This document shows, one piece after another, positions 37,672 to 46,500 of a stretch of DNA of 64,000 nucleotides. The notes below the pieces were generated by a model, which was not told where the DNA came from, searched no databases, and was given only the letters and a program-made list of their open reading frames with translations. Source of the stretch: Patescibacteria group bacterium (GTDB lineage: Bacteria; Patescibacteriota; Microgenomatia; 2-02-FULL-39-11); assembly GCA_023379265.1 (NCBI GenBank), contig JAMCUI010000010.1, forward strand, positions 200 to 64,199, read 5' to 3'. The translations under genes and the position numbers were made by a program. How positions within the stretch are numbered: position 1 is the stretch's first letter; every line of letters starts with the position of its first letter.

Positions 37672-37998
37672 ATGCGAGAACGAGATCTGGAGTTTTCTCA
37701 AGGATTTAGTGATTTTGGCGATATGCCATTACCGGGAATTCCAACTTATAAACAACCATTCCACTGTTATGGAGTCGTGAGAAGAGGAGGAGGAAATGTG
37801 AAGGCAATTGCCAGTTTTCATGGCAAAAATGAGGTAGCTGCCAGAAAAGCAGCAAACGCTATATCTGGAAATGGCGCTGATGTGGATTGGATTGATCCGG
37901 GTACATCATATGTTAATGATAAGGGTCAGTTGCGTACACATGGAAATGGAGGTTCCGCTCACTATGCGTATAAGGCTGATGGAGCTAAATGTGGTTAA
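37672..37998 (+). CDS. Small Gly-rich hypothetical protein
   Basis: 108-aa ATG ORF with an upstream TTGATT-16-TATAAT promoter. Confidence 0.7.
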   Translation: MRERDLEFSQGFSDFGDMPLPGIPTYKQPFHCYGVVRRGGGNVKAIASFHGKNEVAARKAANAISGNGADVDWIDPGTSYVNDKGQLRTHGNGGSAHYAYKADGAKCG

Positions 37999-38100
37999 TC
38001 AAATGGTTGAAATAGAAATGAATATACTTCTTCAAAATTAAAATACTGTATAATCCGCTTATCCCGCCCTATATCCCCATTTTTGGAATTTATTTTCTTT

Positions 38101-40140
38101 ATGCCGAAAGCCGAACTTGTTGGTGCATTGGGACTGGACAAATACATAAGAACATCCGGATATGAAACCTTCAGGAAAGAGTCTGTACCGGAGCTTATTA
38201 CGCTTGACAGAATGCACCATAGGAAACCAGCAAGAGCTGGAGTCATATACACTTTTAATCAAGACCAGCTTCCCGGCACGCGACTTTTTCCCCTTGAAGC
38301 AGAAAAAAAGGACGAGTTTTTCCAAAATATCAGTTATTTGAATTCCGAGGAAAGAGAAAAAGTCCAGGTAGCATACAATCTCTGCCTTGCCGGACACCAG
38401 CTGAAATTCCGTTTCACGGGAGAACCTTATACACTTCATCCACTTGAAATGGCGGCAAAAGCAGCCAGTGAGTATCAGGCTGATTGGAAGACACTTGCAT
38501 TGTGTTTCTTGCATGATTTGGCGGAGGATTCGCCGGCCGACGGCACGCCAGTCTTGCCTTTCAAGGTGGAAGAAATTTACACCAATCTCTTTAAGGGGAA
38601 AAATAATGAAAACTTATCTCAGGCAAAAGCCGATGCGCAATTTTTGGCCCGCGGTATGAGGGCAATGAAGAAAATCTCAAGTCCAGATATACCCCACAAC
38701 GTCGATGTGGAAACAGAGATAAAGTTTAGAAAAAGAGAACATGTTGCGGAGGTTTTGACGGCCAAGAAAATGTACGAGACGATGGAGCATGAGGGTATAG
38801 AAAGGGGTGACGTCAGAGTGCTTTTTGTTAAACTCCTTGACAGGTGGCATAATCTCAAAACCATCGGCGGCATGAATGAGGAAGAAAAAGAGAGGAAAAC
38901 CAAAGAGACTTTGGCAGTACACGTACCCCTTGCAGAAGCGCTGAGGCTTTATCGCCTGAGAGATGAACTGGCGGAAATGTCTCTTGCGCAGTTGTATCCC
39001 AAAGAATACAGACTTTTGTCCCAAGCGGAATTAAAGAGTATTGAGGTTGTACAAGTGCTAAATGAGTTCGTAAAAAGCAGTGATTCAGATGTTTTTCTCT
39101 ATTTCAAAGCGCCTTCCGTATACGATTACTATAAACAAGTCGGAACACAAACCCAAAATATCAGTCCGTACGTATCCGTGTCAGTCGTAGGGGATATGGT
39201 AAAAATGGAAAAGATGTGGGGAGACTTGAGTAAAAATATTTTGGATACGCTTGACAGGGTTTCTCCTTTTAAGATGGAGGGTGTACCTCCGGCCAGGGTG
39301 GAGTTGAATGTAAGTCCTACAACTATAGGGGAGTTTATATCCCAAAATGCTTCTCTTTCCGACATAGTCAGTGTAAGGGGTAGGGGGAGCGAAGCAAAAT
39401 CTGCCTGGCAAGCGCAAGCCGTCTCCCACCTCCTGAAAATTCGTGAAGGGTTTATACGGGCAAAGGAGGAGGGGATGTTTTCGATATTTGTCCAGACAGT
39501 TTCAGGAGATAAGACAGGGGCCATAGCTTTACGAAGGAAGGGGTTAAATGTAAGCAGGCGGCATGAAGTGGTATTGTCTACACACGGGAATATGGTTGAT
39601 CTTTTGGGGTCGGGAGGAATAAAAATGTCGAAATTGGCCAGAGTCAAGAAAGTTACAGTGGAGTATATTGATAAATACGGCCAGCGTGAAAGACAAGACA
39701 TACGGTCAAATAAGTTTAATGATCCAATACCGGCAGGTTGTGTAGTAAGAGAAATAGAGTATTTCCCTAAGGGTAGCGCTATCTATTCCGGATCTTTAAG
39801 ATGGAGACCGACATTAACTGAAGTAAACAGACGGTTAAACTCATTTTGGGAAAATCTTTATTCTAAAGATGAACGAGCCCGAAAGGAAATCCAGCATCAC
39901 GGCAGGATGAGATTTTATAACTCGGTATTGCAGGAGGAAAGCAAATTTGGAAGAAATAATATTGATTATTTGCCTTCCGAACTTTTCCATCTAGCCTATT
40001 TATCTTCAAAGAAATTCGGGGGTTTCTATTGGCCCAACGAAGATGCTCTTATGAAAGATTTTGCTTTTGGAAGACGCCAAGTGTTATTCCGGATTATGAT
40101 GAAAAATTATAGCGATATAATAAATAGAAAAAATGTTTAG
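38101..40140 (+). CDS. Second RelA/SpoT homolog with intact HD hydrolase and highly diverged downstream domains
   Basis: GHQLKFRFTGEPYTLHP, LHDLAED, VKLLDRWHNLKT, KETLAVHVPLAEAL. Start placed at ATG 38101. Confidence 0.87.
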   Translation: MPKAELVGALGLDKYIRTSGYETFRKESVPELITLDRMHHRKPARAGVIYTFNQDQLPGTRLFPLEAEKKDEFFQNISYLNSEEREKVQVAYNLCLAGHQLKFRFTGEPYTLHPLEMAAKAASEYQADWKTLALCFLHDLAEDSPADGTPVLPFKVEEIYTNLFKGKNNENLSQAKADAQFLARGMRAMKKISSPDIPHNVDVETEIKFRKREHVAEVLTAKKMYETMEHEGIERGDVRVLFVKLLDRWHNLKTIGGMNEEEKERKTKETLAVHVPLAEALRLYRLRDELAEMSLAQLYPKEYRLLSQAELKSIEVVQVLNEFVKSSDSDVFLYFKAPSVYDYYKQVGTQTQNISPYVSVSVVGDMVKMEKMWGDLSKNILDTLDRVSPFKMEGVPPARVELNVSPTTIGEFISQNASLSDIVSVRGRGSEAKSAWQAQAVSHLLKIREGFIRAKEEGMFSIFVQTVSGDKTGAIALRRKGLNVSRRHEVVLSTHGNMVDLLGSGGIKMSKLARVKKVTVEYIDKYGQRERQDIRSNKFNDPIPAGCVVREIEYFPKGSAIYSGSLRWRPTLTEVNRRLNSFWENLYSKDERARKEIQHHGRMRFYNSVLQEESKFGRNNIDYLPSELFHLAYLSSKKFGGFYWPNEDALMKDFAFGRRQVLFRIMMKNYSDIINRKNV

Positions 40141-40161
40141 GAGAACTTTTTGTTTGGTTTA

Positions 40162-42822
40162 TCACGGCAATATTCTAAATCTCAGCTGTTTTTTGGTTTC
40201 GACAACGACAAAAGGAATAAGCGATACCAATCCGACAATCAACCAGTTATAAGAGTTCAAATTGCTTGTCTGAAATACAAGATTTCCCCAATAAGTCTGG
40301 ATGACCAGGATTTGAAGGATAACTGAAACAATTGCTGTTACCACTAGATATTTATTGGTAAAGATTCCCAGTGAAAAAAGAGATTTCCTGGTACTTCTAT
40401 TGTTGAAAGCGTGAACCAGTTGGGAGAGGGCCAGGGCGGCAAAAGTCATGGTTTGGGCAACAGTGTAGGAGAAATGCGAGAGAGAAAAAAGGAATAGGCC
40501 AAAAACGGCAATTCCCATAATGCTACCCTCAACAAGCATATAAATCCAGCGTTTTTTGTACAGAATTCCTCTATCTATATCTCTGGGTGGCTTTTTCATG
40601 ACGTCAAACTCAGGCGGGTCAAGTCCCAAGGCAAGAGCAGGCATGCCGTCTGTGATAAGATTTATCCAAAGTATCTGTATAGGTAAAAGAGGAAGTGGTG
40701 TCCCAAAAAGGACACCTCCTGTTACCACGATGACTTCAGAGAGGTTGCAGGAAATAAGATAGCGGATGAACTTTACCAGATTGGCAAAAATCACTCTTCC
40801 TTCCCTGACAGCATCTACAATTGTCGCGTAATTGTCGTCTGTAATGACCATGTCGGCCACCTCCCGGGTGAGGTCGGTGCCTGTCATGCCCATGGCAATG
40901 CCGATGTGGCTGGCAGAAATGGCAGGAGCATCGTTTACACCGTCGCCAGTGACTGCCACCTGAGTATTTGGAATGCTTTTTATGGCCTCCACAATTTTCA
41001 GCTTGCCCATAGGGGAGATACGGGCAAAGACATGGACGCCTTCCTGTATCGCTTTTGCCAGTTTTTGGCGGCTATAAAATTCTATTTCATCTTCTGTCAG
41101 TACTTTACCGCTTTGGGAAATGATCCCCGCCGCCAGGGCAATTGAGGCGGCGGTATCCCGGTGGTCTCCGGTAATCATGACGGTTGTAATACCGGCTATT
41201 TTGGCCTGATTGAGAGCGTTTCTTATTTCAGGACGAAGAGGATCCTGCATGCCGACTAACCCCAAAAACTCCATTCCTTTCTCATTGAGTTTGTCCTCTT
41301 CAAGAGCTTTTTTTACCTCATAAGCTGTCATCTTTTTTCTTGCGACAGCCAGACTGCGAAGTCCCTTTTTGGCCATAGCAAGAGTTTGCTCAAGAATTTT
41401 CTTTTTGTCCTTCGCGGTGAGTGTTGAGTTTGACATGATGACTTCGGGAGCGCCTTTGGCATAAAGCAGATGGTCTCCGGTGTCGTTTATTTTGACTACA
41501 ACGCTCATCATTTTGCGCTCGGCTGAGAAAGGCACTTCATAAAGCCTGGGTTGGCTGGTTTTTATTTCGTCCACTTTTAGTTTGGCCCTTTGGGCGGCTA
41601 CTAGAAGCGCCGCTTCAGTAGTGTCGCCGATAATTTTATCTAAGCCGGATATAGTCGCGTCATTTGCCAAGACACCGGCGGTCAAGAGTCTTTCCAGAGC
41701 CGATTTTTCCAGGGGGTTAACAATCTTTCCGTTGTAAATAAACTCGCCGTTGGGATTATATCCTTCTCCTGTCAACGTAAAATTTTCACCATCGGAAAGA
41801 GCAATTTGGACAACATTTATTTTATTTTGGGTCAGCGTCCCAGTCTTGTCGGTAGCAATTATACGTACTGCCCCCAGCGTTTCTACTGCTGGCAGTTTTT
41901 TCACTATTGTCTTTTTTTCTGCGAGCCTCTTGACGCCAATGGAAAGCACTATTGTCACGATAGCCGGAAGACCCTCTGGAATGGCAGCTACAGCAAGAGA
42001 TATGGCTACAAGGAGGCTTTCAACAAATGGAAGATTATTTAGATAGTTGAGTATGAAGACCAGTACAGCAATTATTCCGATGACAAAAGTTAGCGTTTTC
42101 CCAACTTTCTGCAATTCAAGCGTCAAAGGGGTTTTCTCATTTTTTACTTCCCCCAAAAACTGGGCGATTTTGCCGATTTCCGTATTTTTACCCGTGGCAA
42201 ATACGACAGCTTTGCCGCGTCCGGCAATGATTTCCGTATCTTTGAAAATGATATTTTTGCGGTCTGCAAGAAGAACTGATTTTCCTTCAATCGGTTTTGC
42301 ATTTTTGCTTGTGGGTTTGGATTCACCGGTCAAAATACTTTCGTCTGTCCGAAGAGAGAAAGACTCGACGATACGGGCGTCGGCAGGCACTTTTGACCCT
42401 TCTTCTAAAATAAGAATGTCTCCGGGAACAAGCTGGGGAAAAAGGATTTTTTCCACATTCCCATCGCGCAAAACCAGTGCATAAATGACATCTTTTTCCT
42501 TCAGAGATTCCAGAGTTTTTTCAGCCTGAATTTCCTGTATGAAGCCGATGGTTGAGTTGAGTATGACGATAGCCAGTATGGCTATAGCATCAACCGTTTC
42601 TCCCAAAAGAAGAGAGATCGCTGTGGCAAAAAGCAGAATAAGAATGAGTATGTCCCGGAATTGGTCAATAAACTTAGATAAGAGCGATGGTTTGGGTTTC
42701 TCCGGGAGCAAGTTTTGTCCGTATTCATTGAGTCTTCTTTCCGCTTCCTTTTTTGTCAGGCCGGACAACGGGTTGGTTCTAAGTTCAGCAAAAACTTCCT
42801 GGACAGTTTTTTGGTACCACAT
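40162..42822 (-). CDS. Cation-transporting P-type ATPase (P2A/Ca2+-type)
   Basis: TGES, PEGL, DKTGTLT, KGAPE, TGD, GDGVND. Confidence 0.96.
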   Translation of the reverse strand: MWYQKTVQEVFAELRTNPLSGLTKKEAERRLNEYGQNLLPEKPKPSLLSKFIDQFRDILILILLFATAISLLLGETVDAIAILAIVILNSTIGFIQEIQAEKTLESLKEKDVIYALVLRDGNVEKILFPQLVPGDILILEEGSKVPADARIVESFSLRTDESILTGESKPTSKNAKPIEGKSVLLADRKNIIFKDTEIIAGRGKAVVFATGKNTEIGKIAQFLGEVKNEKTPLTLELQKVGKTLTFVIGIIAVLVFILNYLNNLPFVESLLVAISLAVAAIPEGLPAIVTIVLSIGVKRLAEKKTIVKKLPAVETLGAVRIIATDKTGTLTQNKINVVQIALSDGENFTLTGEGYNPNGEFIYNGKIVNPLEKSALERLLTAGVLANDATISGLDKIIGDTTEAALLVAAQRAKLKVDEIKTSQPRLYEVPFSAERKMMSVVVKINDTGDHLLYAKGAPEVIMSNSTLTAKDKKKILEQTLAMAKKGLRSLAVARKKMTAYEVKKALEEDKLNEKGMEFLGLVGMQDPLRPEIRNALNQAKIAGITTVMITGDHRDTAASIALAAGIISQSGKVLTEDEIEFYSRQKLAKAIQEGVHVFARISPMGKLKIVEAIKSIPNTQVAVTGDGVNDAPAISASHIGIAMGMTGTDLTREVADMVITDDNYATIVDAVREGRVIFANLVKFIRYLISCNLSEVIVVTGGVLFGTPLPLLPIQILWINLITDGMPALALGLDPPEFDVMKKPPRDIDRGILYKKRWIYMLVEGSIMGIAVFGLFLFSLSHFSYTVAQTMTFAALALSQLVHAFNNRSTRKSLFSLGIFTNKYLVVTAIVSVILQILVIQTYWGNLVFQTSNLNSYNWLIVGLVSLIPFVVVETKKQLRFRILP

Positions 42823-42825
42823 GGG

Positions 42826-43482
42826 TTATATTATCCCGCCCAAATGAGAGGCAGGCAACAATAACGATACCAGAAAATTGATGATAGGTGAAATAAGGGC
42901 GATGACTGGGGAGGAGCCGAAAAAAGGAAAGATAAGAAGTATCAAAAAGATTATCCCGTATTTCTCCAAAGACAGCCAGTCGTAATAATATTTTTTGGGC
43001 AAAAGTCCGGCGACCACCTTAAATCCGTCCAAAGGATGAACTGGAATGAGGTTAAAAATTGCCAAAAGGACATTGAAGTAGACAAAAAGGCTAAGAACGT
43101 CCGTGACTAGAGGCAGGAGGAATACAAAAGGGATGTAGATTGCTACTCGAAGTATGATGCTTGTTAATATAGCCATAACGAGATTAGAACCCGGTCCGGC
43201 AAAAGAGATGAGTGCCGCGTCTCTTTTAGGCTCGCGTAGATTGAATGGGTCAAATGGTACCGGTTTGCCCCAGCCAAAGCCCACAAAAAGAAGAAGCAGT
43301 GTGCCTATGGGATCAATGTGGGCGGCAGGGTTGAGGGTGAGCCGTCCAGAGAGGCGGGCGGTTGGATCACCAAGATGGTCAGCGATCAGAGCGTGGGAAA
43401 ATTCATGTACGGAGATAGCCAGCAAAAGTAATATTGCGATAATGATAAATTCAACCGGATTTTGGGTAAAAAGTCCGAACAT
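42826..43482 (-). CDS. Site-2 protease (M50) family protein
   Basis: HEFSH, AGPGSN, FNLIPVHPLDG. Start placed at ATG 43482. Confidence 0.94.
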   Translation of the reverse strand: MFGLFTQNPVEFIIIAILLLLAISVHEFSHALIADHLGDPTARLSGRLTLNPAAHIDPIGTLLLLFVGFGWGKPVPFDPFNLREPKRDAALISFAGPGSNLVMAILTSIILRVAIYIPFVFLLPLVTDVLSLFVYFNVLLAIFNLIPVHPLDGFKVVAGLLPKKYYYDWLSLEKYGIIFLILLIFPFFGSSPVIALISPIINFLVSLLLPASHLGGII

Positions 43483-43499
43483 ATAACGATTTATTAATT

Positions 43500-43609
43500 G
43501 AAAAGCTTGCAGTAAAAATTTTCTAGCTCGCAAGGATGGGAGGTGTTGTTAGTGCGTTTTTATTATAGACATTCCGTATGCGATCTGCAAAAAAAATTTT
43601 ACATGCTTC
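43500..43609. repeat. Intergenic imperfect palindrome; its left arm recurs at about 54981-55026
   Basis: Arms gtaaaaatttt..tcgca and tgcga..aaaattttac; 'tcgcaaggatgggag' here versus 'tcgcaaggacgggag' at the second site. Confidence 0.55.
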
Positions 43610-43719
43610 ACTTTTCTCTGCTTGTTTACTTTTAAGTGTTTATACTCTCTTCTTGTCTAACACGGTTGTTTCTGATATAGTATAACAATTATTTGAAGGT
43701 AAGTATAGCAAGTCAGCTT

Positions 43720-44064
43720 ATGAAAATGTCAAAATGTCAGAATTGCCATAAAGGTATAGCCATAGGTCATGCAGTTTCTCATGCCAAGAATCGCATAAGG
43801 CGTATATTTAAGCCCAATTTGCAGAAGCTTAAGGTTTTGAGAAACGGGGTAGCTGTAAAAGTGATTCTTTGTACAAGTTGCATAAAAAGACTGAGAAAAG
43901 ATGGTAAGATCGGAGCCTATTTTATCTGGAAGCCGCAGTTGGTAAAGGAAACAGTAAAAGCAGCAAAAAGGACTAAAATTGAAGCTCCCGCTGAAAAAAA
44001 AGTAAAAGAAGAAAAAGCCAGCCAGTCTCTAAATATTGAGTCTATTGTAGGAAAAAAAGAATAA
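43720..44064 (+). CDS. rpmB: 50S ribosomal protein L28 (Zn-ribbon type) with Lys/Glu-rich C-terminal extension
   Basis: MSKCQNCHKG...GHAVSHAKNRIRRIFKPNLQ...LCTSCIK. Confidence 0.93.
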   Translation: MKMSKCQNCHKGIAIGHAVSHAKNRIRRIFKPNLQKLKVLRNGVAVKVILCTSCIKRLRKDGKIGAYFIWKPQLVKETVKAAKRTKIEAPAEKKVKEEKASQSLNIESIVGKKE

Positions 44065-44076
44065 TCTCCAACAACC

Positions 44077-45075
44077 TCAAAAGTAGGTAAACCAGTATTT
44101 ACCGATTATCAATCTTTCAGGTACAAACCCGAAGTTGCGGCTGTCAATACTTACAGTCCGATTGTCTGCAAGGACAAAGTATGAGCCGGTGGGGACACGC
44201 ATGTCGATATTTGTAGGAACAAAGCCACCTGGCACCGTATTTGTTACCATGCTGGTGGGAATATACGGCTCATTTAGTTGTATATCGTTTATATATACTT
44301 TCCCAAAAACAATTTTAACCTTTTCTTGGGGTAGTGCGATTATTCTCCTGATATAAACATTTTGTATATCCTGGGGTACCCTGAAAAGGATAATATCGCC
44401 TCTTTTAGGGTGTTGCCACTGATAACTGAATTTCTGGGTCAGTATGTAGTTTCCGCTTGTGACTGTCGGAGCCATAGAGTCTCCGACCACCTTAAATGGT
44501 GAACCTACCATAAGGTTTAGTAGAATGACTACAGGTGACAATATAAAAGCAAACCCCCAGACAAGGAAAAAGAATATGAAGACCATCAATGACTTTTTGG
44601 AAGAATAAGGAGACGTGTCATGCAGGACTTTTCCAGTTTTGTCCACTTTTACGACTAGAGTACCGGCAATTGTATCATGCCAGCCTTGCCTTTTTTTATT
44701 GATAAGTACCCACAAATACCCAAGCTCAAAAACCAATTCGCTTATCCATTTCCCCACGGTTTCTCTTATTACTGCATGAGTGAAATTCACCTTGCCGTAA
44801 TTTACCGTTACCACTTTCAGCCGCATCATTTTTTTACCTATCGTGGCTCCGTCTTTGGCAATAAACAATATATTGTAACCATAAATAAGAATAACCTGTA
44901 GGATGATAGAGATGATATTTCTGGATGGAAAGCTCGTCAGTGTCAAAACCAAATATTGGATTAAAAGAAGAGGGATAAGAAGTACAGCCTCATCAATCAT
45001 AAAGGCTGTTAACCGCTCAACTAATGTTCCTTTGACATAAGCTTCGTGTGCAGCCGAAGCTTCTTTTTTGGGCAT
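44077..45075 (-). CDS. RDD domain fused to signal peptidase I (S26)
   Basis: ERLTAFMID, GATIGK, RQGWHDTIAGT (RDD); GDSMAPT, RGDII, YIRRII, DNR..SIDSRNFG (S26). Confidence 0.88.
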   Translation of the reverse strand: MPKKEASAAHEAYVKGTLVERLTAFMIDEAVLLIPLLLIQYLVLTLTSFPSRNIISIILQVILIYGYNILFIAKDGATIGKKMMRLKVVTVNYGKVNFTHAVIRETVGKWISELVFELGYLWVLINKKRQGWHDTIAGTLVVKVDKTGKVLHDTSPYSSKKSLMVFIFFFLVWGFAFILSPVVILLNLMVGSPFKVVGDSMAPTVTSGNYILTQKFSYQWQHPKRGDIILFRVPQDIQNVYIRRIIALPQEKVKIVFGKVYINDIQLNEPYIPTSMVTNTVPGGFVPTNIDMRVPTGSYFVLADNRTVSIDSRNFGFVPERLIIGKYWFTYF

Positions 45076-45321
45076 AGTAAATCCTTTTCCTGTTGCCTGA
45101 TTTCAGGATAACAGGCAAAGTCAGATGGAGTCAATACCATGTTAAGATACACATTGAAGTGATATTCACGAGAATAGGGAATAAGAGGAGAGTCTAAGCG
45201 AATCTCTTTAAAAAATCTAAGTAATGTTTAGGACATTAAAAGGAATTGACTCCCATTGAGTTCACATACTTCCTCTGATATATTTATACTATAGACCACG
45301 GAAGGTCTATATTTTTTTCTC

Positions 45322-46500
45322 ATGAAATTCGTCAAATCGCCTAAATTTCTTATTTTTCTTATTGTCTTTGTCAATTTCCTGGGTTACGGGATTGTTTTTC
45401 CTGTATTGCCTCTCATGACCGAGAAATACGGAGGAGATCCATTGATTTCTGGACTTCTTATAGGTGTTTTTTCCCTGATGCAACTGGTGGCTACTCCCGT
45501 ACTGGGTAAGCTTTCGGACCGCTTTGGCCGCCGGCCACTGCTTCTTTATTCTCTTTGGGGAACTGTCGCCTCATTTGCCATCATGGGGTGGACACATTCC
45601 ATTTTCTGGTTGATGGTAGCCAGGGTAATTGACGGAATTTCCGGAGGAAACGTTTCCATCGCCCAGGCTTATATGGCGGATGTTTCGGATAAGAAGGAAA
45701 GGGCTGGCGCGATGGGAGTTCTTACTGCAGGAATCTCATCTGGATTTATACTGGGGCCGATATGGGGTGGTCTTTTTTCCGGCATATCACTTTCTGCTCC
45801 ATTCTTGGCCGCTGCCGGTATTACGTTGGTCAGCGTACTACTGACCCAGTTCTTTCTTCCGGAATCAGAATCGGTAAAAGAAATGGAATACGAGAAAAAA
45901 TATTTCAGTTTCAAAAGCCTTATCCTGGATATGGAGAACAGGCCCATGCTGGTTTTTTTCTTTATCTATATGTTCATTTTCTGGGCTCAGTCCGGGGTTT
46001 TTACCACCATGTCGCTTTTTGGGAAGGATATTCTGAATATATCAGTCGAACAGGTAAGTTTTATTTTCGCCCTGGGAGGAATCGTTTCCACTTTTATACA
46101 GGGCTTTGGTGTGTCCAGACTAGTGAAGAAATTTGAGGAGAAAAAGCTTCTCATAATAAGCATTGTTGCCGCGACCGCCGGATTTGCTGTTATGTCATTT
46201 GCGGGAAGCATGATTTTGTTTATCATTGGCGTGACCGTATACAACATCGGAGGAAGCCTTATTGTGCCTGTGGTAAATGCTTTGGTTTCCGAAAAATCCC
46301 CGGCGCATGATCAGGGCGGCAATCTGGGTTTATTGCAGAGTTTCGGATCAATGGGAAGGTTATTCGGGCCCGTAGCCGCGGGTTTTGTTTATGAGAAAGT
46401 AAACCCTTTTTTCCCGGCCATTATGGGAACTTTTGTAATGATTACTATGTTGTTTCTTTCCTGGCAGTCATTATCCACTGATAAACTCAAAACAGGTTAA
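45322..46500 (+). CDS. MFS transporter, TetA/DHA1-like
   Basis: GKLSDRFGRRP (motif A), R.IDGISGGN, GFILGP. Confidence 0.93.
   Translation: MKFVKSPKFLIFLIVFVNFLGYGIVFPVLPLMTEKYGGDPLISGLLIGVFSLMQLVATPVLGKLSDRFGRRPLLLYSLWGTVASFAIMGWTHSIFWLMVARVIDGISGGNVSIAQAYMADVSDKKERAGAMGVLTAGISSGFILGPIWGGLFSGISLSAPFLAAAGITLVSVLLTQFFLPESESVKEMEYEKKYFSFKSLILDMENRPMLVFFFIYMFIFWAQSGVFTTMSLFGKDILNISVEQVSFIFALGGIVSTFIQGFGVSRLVKKFEEKKLLIISIVAATAGFAVMSFAGSMILFIIGVTVYNIGGSLIVPVVNALVSEKSPAHDQGGNLGLLQSFGSMGRLFGPVAAGFVYEKVNPFFPAIMGTFVMITMLFLSWQSLSTDKLKTG

Noticed and set aside
43483-43533. N-terminal extension of the site-2 protease in the ORF track
   Set aside because: It starts at a TTG inside a palindromic repeat; ATG 43482 fits the family.
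45125-45256. Inverted repeat atggagtcaat/attgactcccat
   Set aside because: Short and imperfect. It could simply be two divergent -35-like boxes, and no element can be supported.
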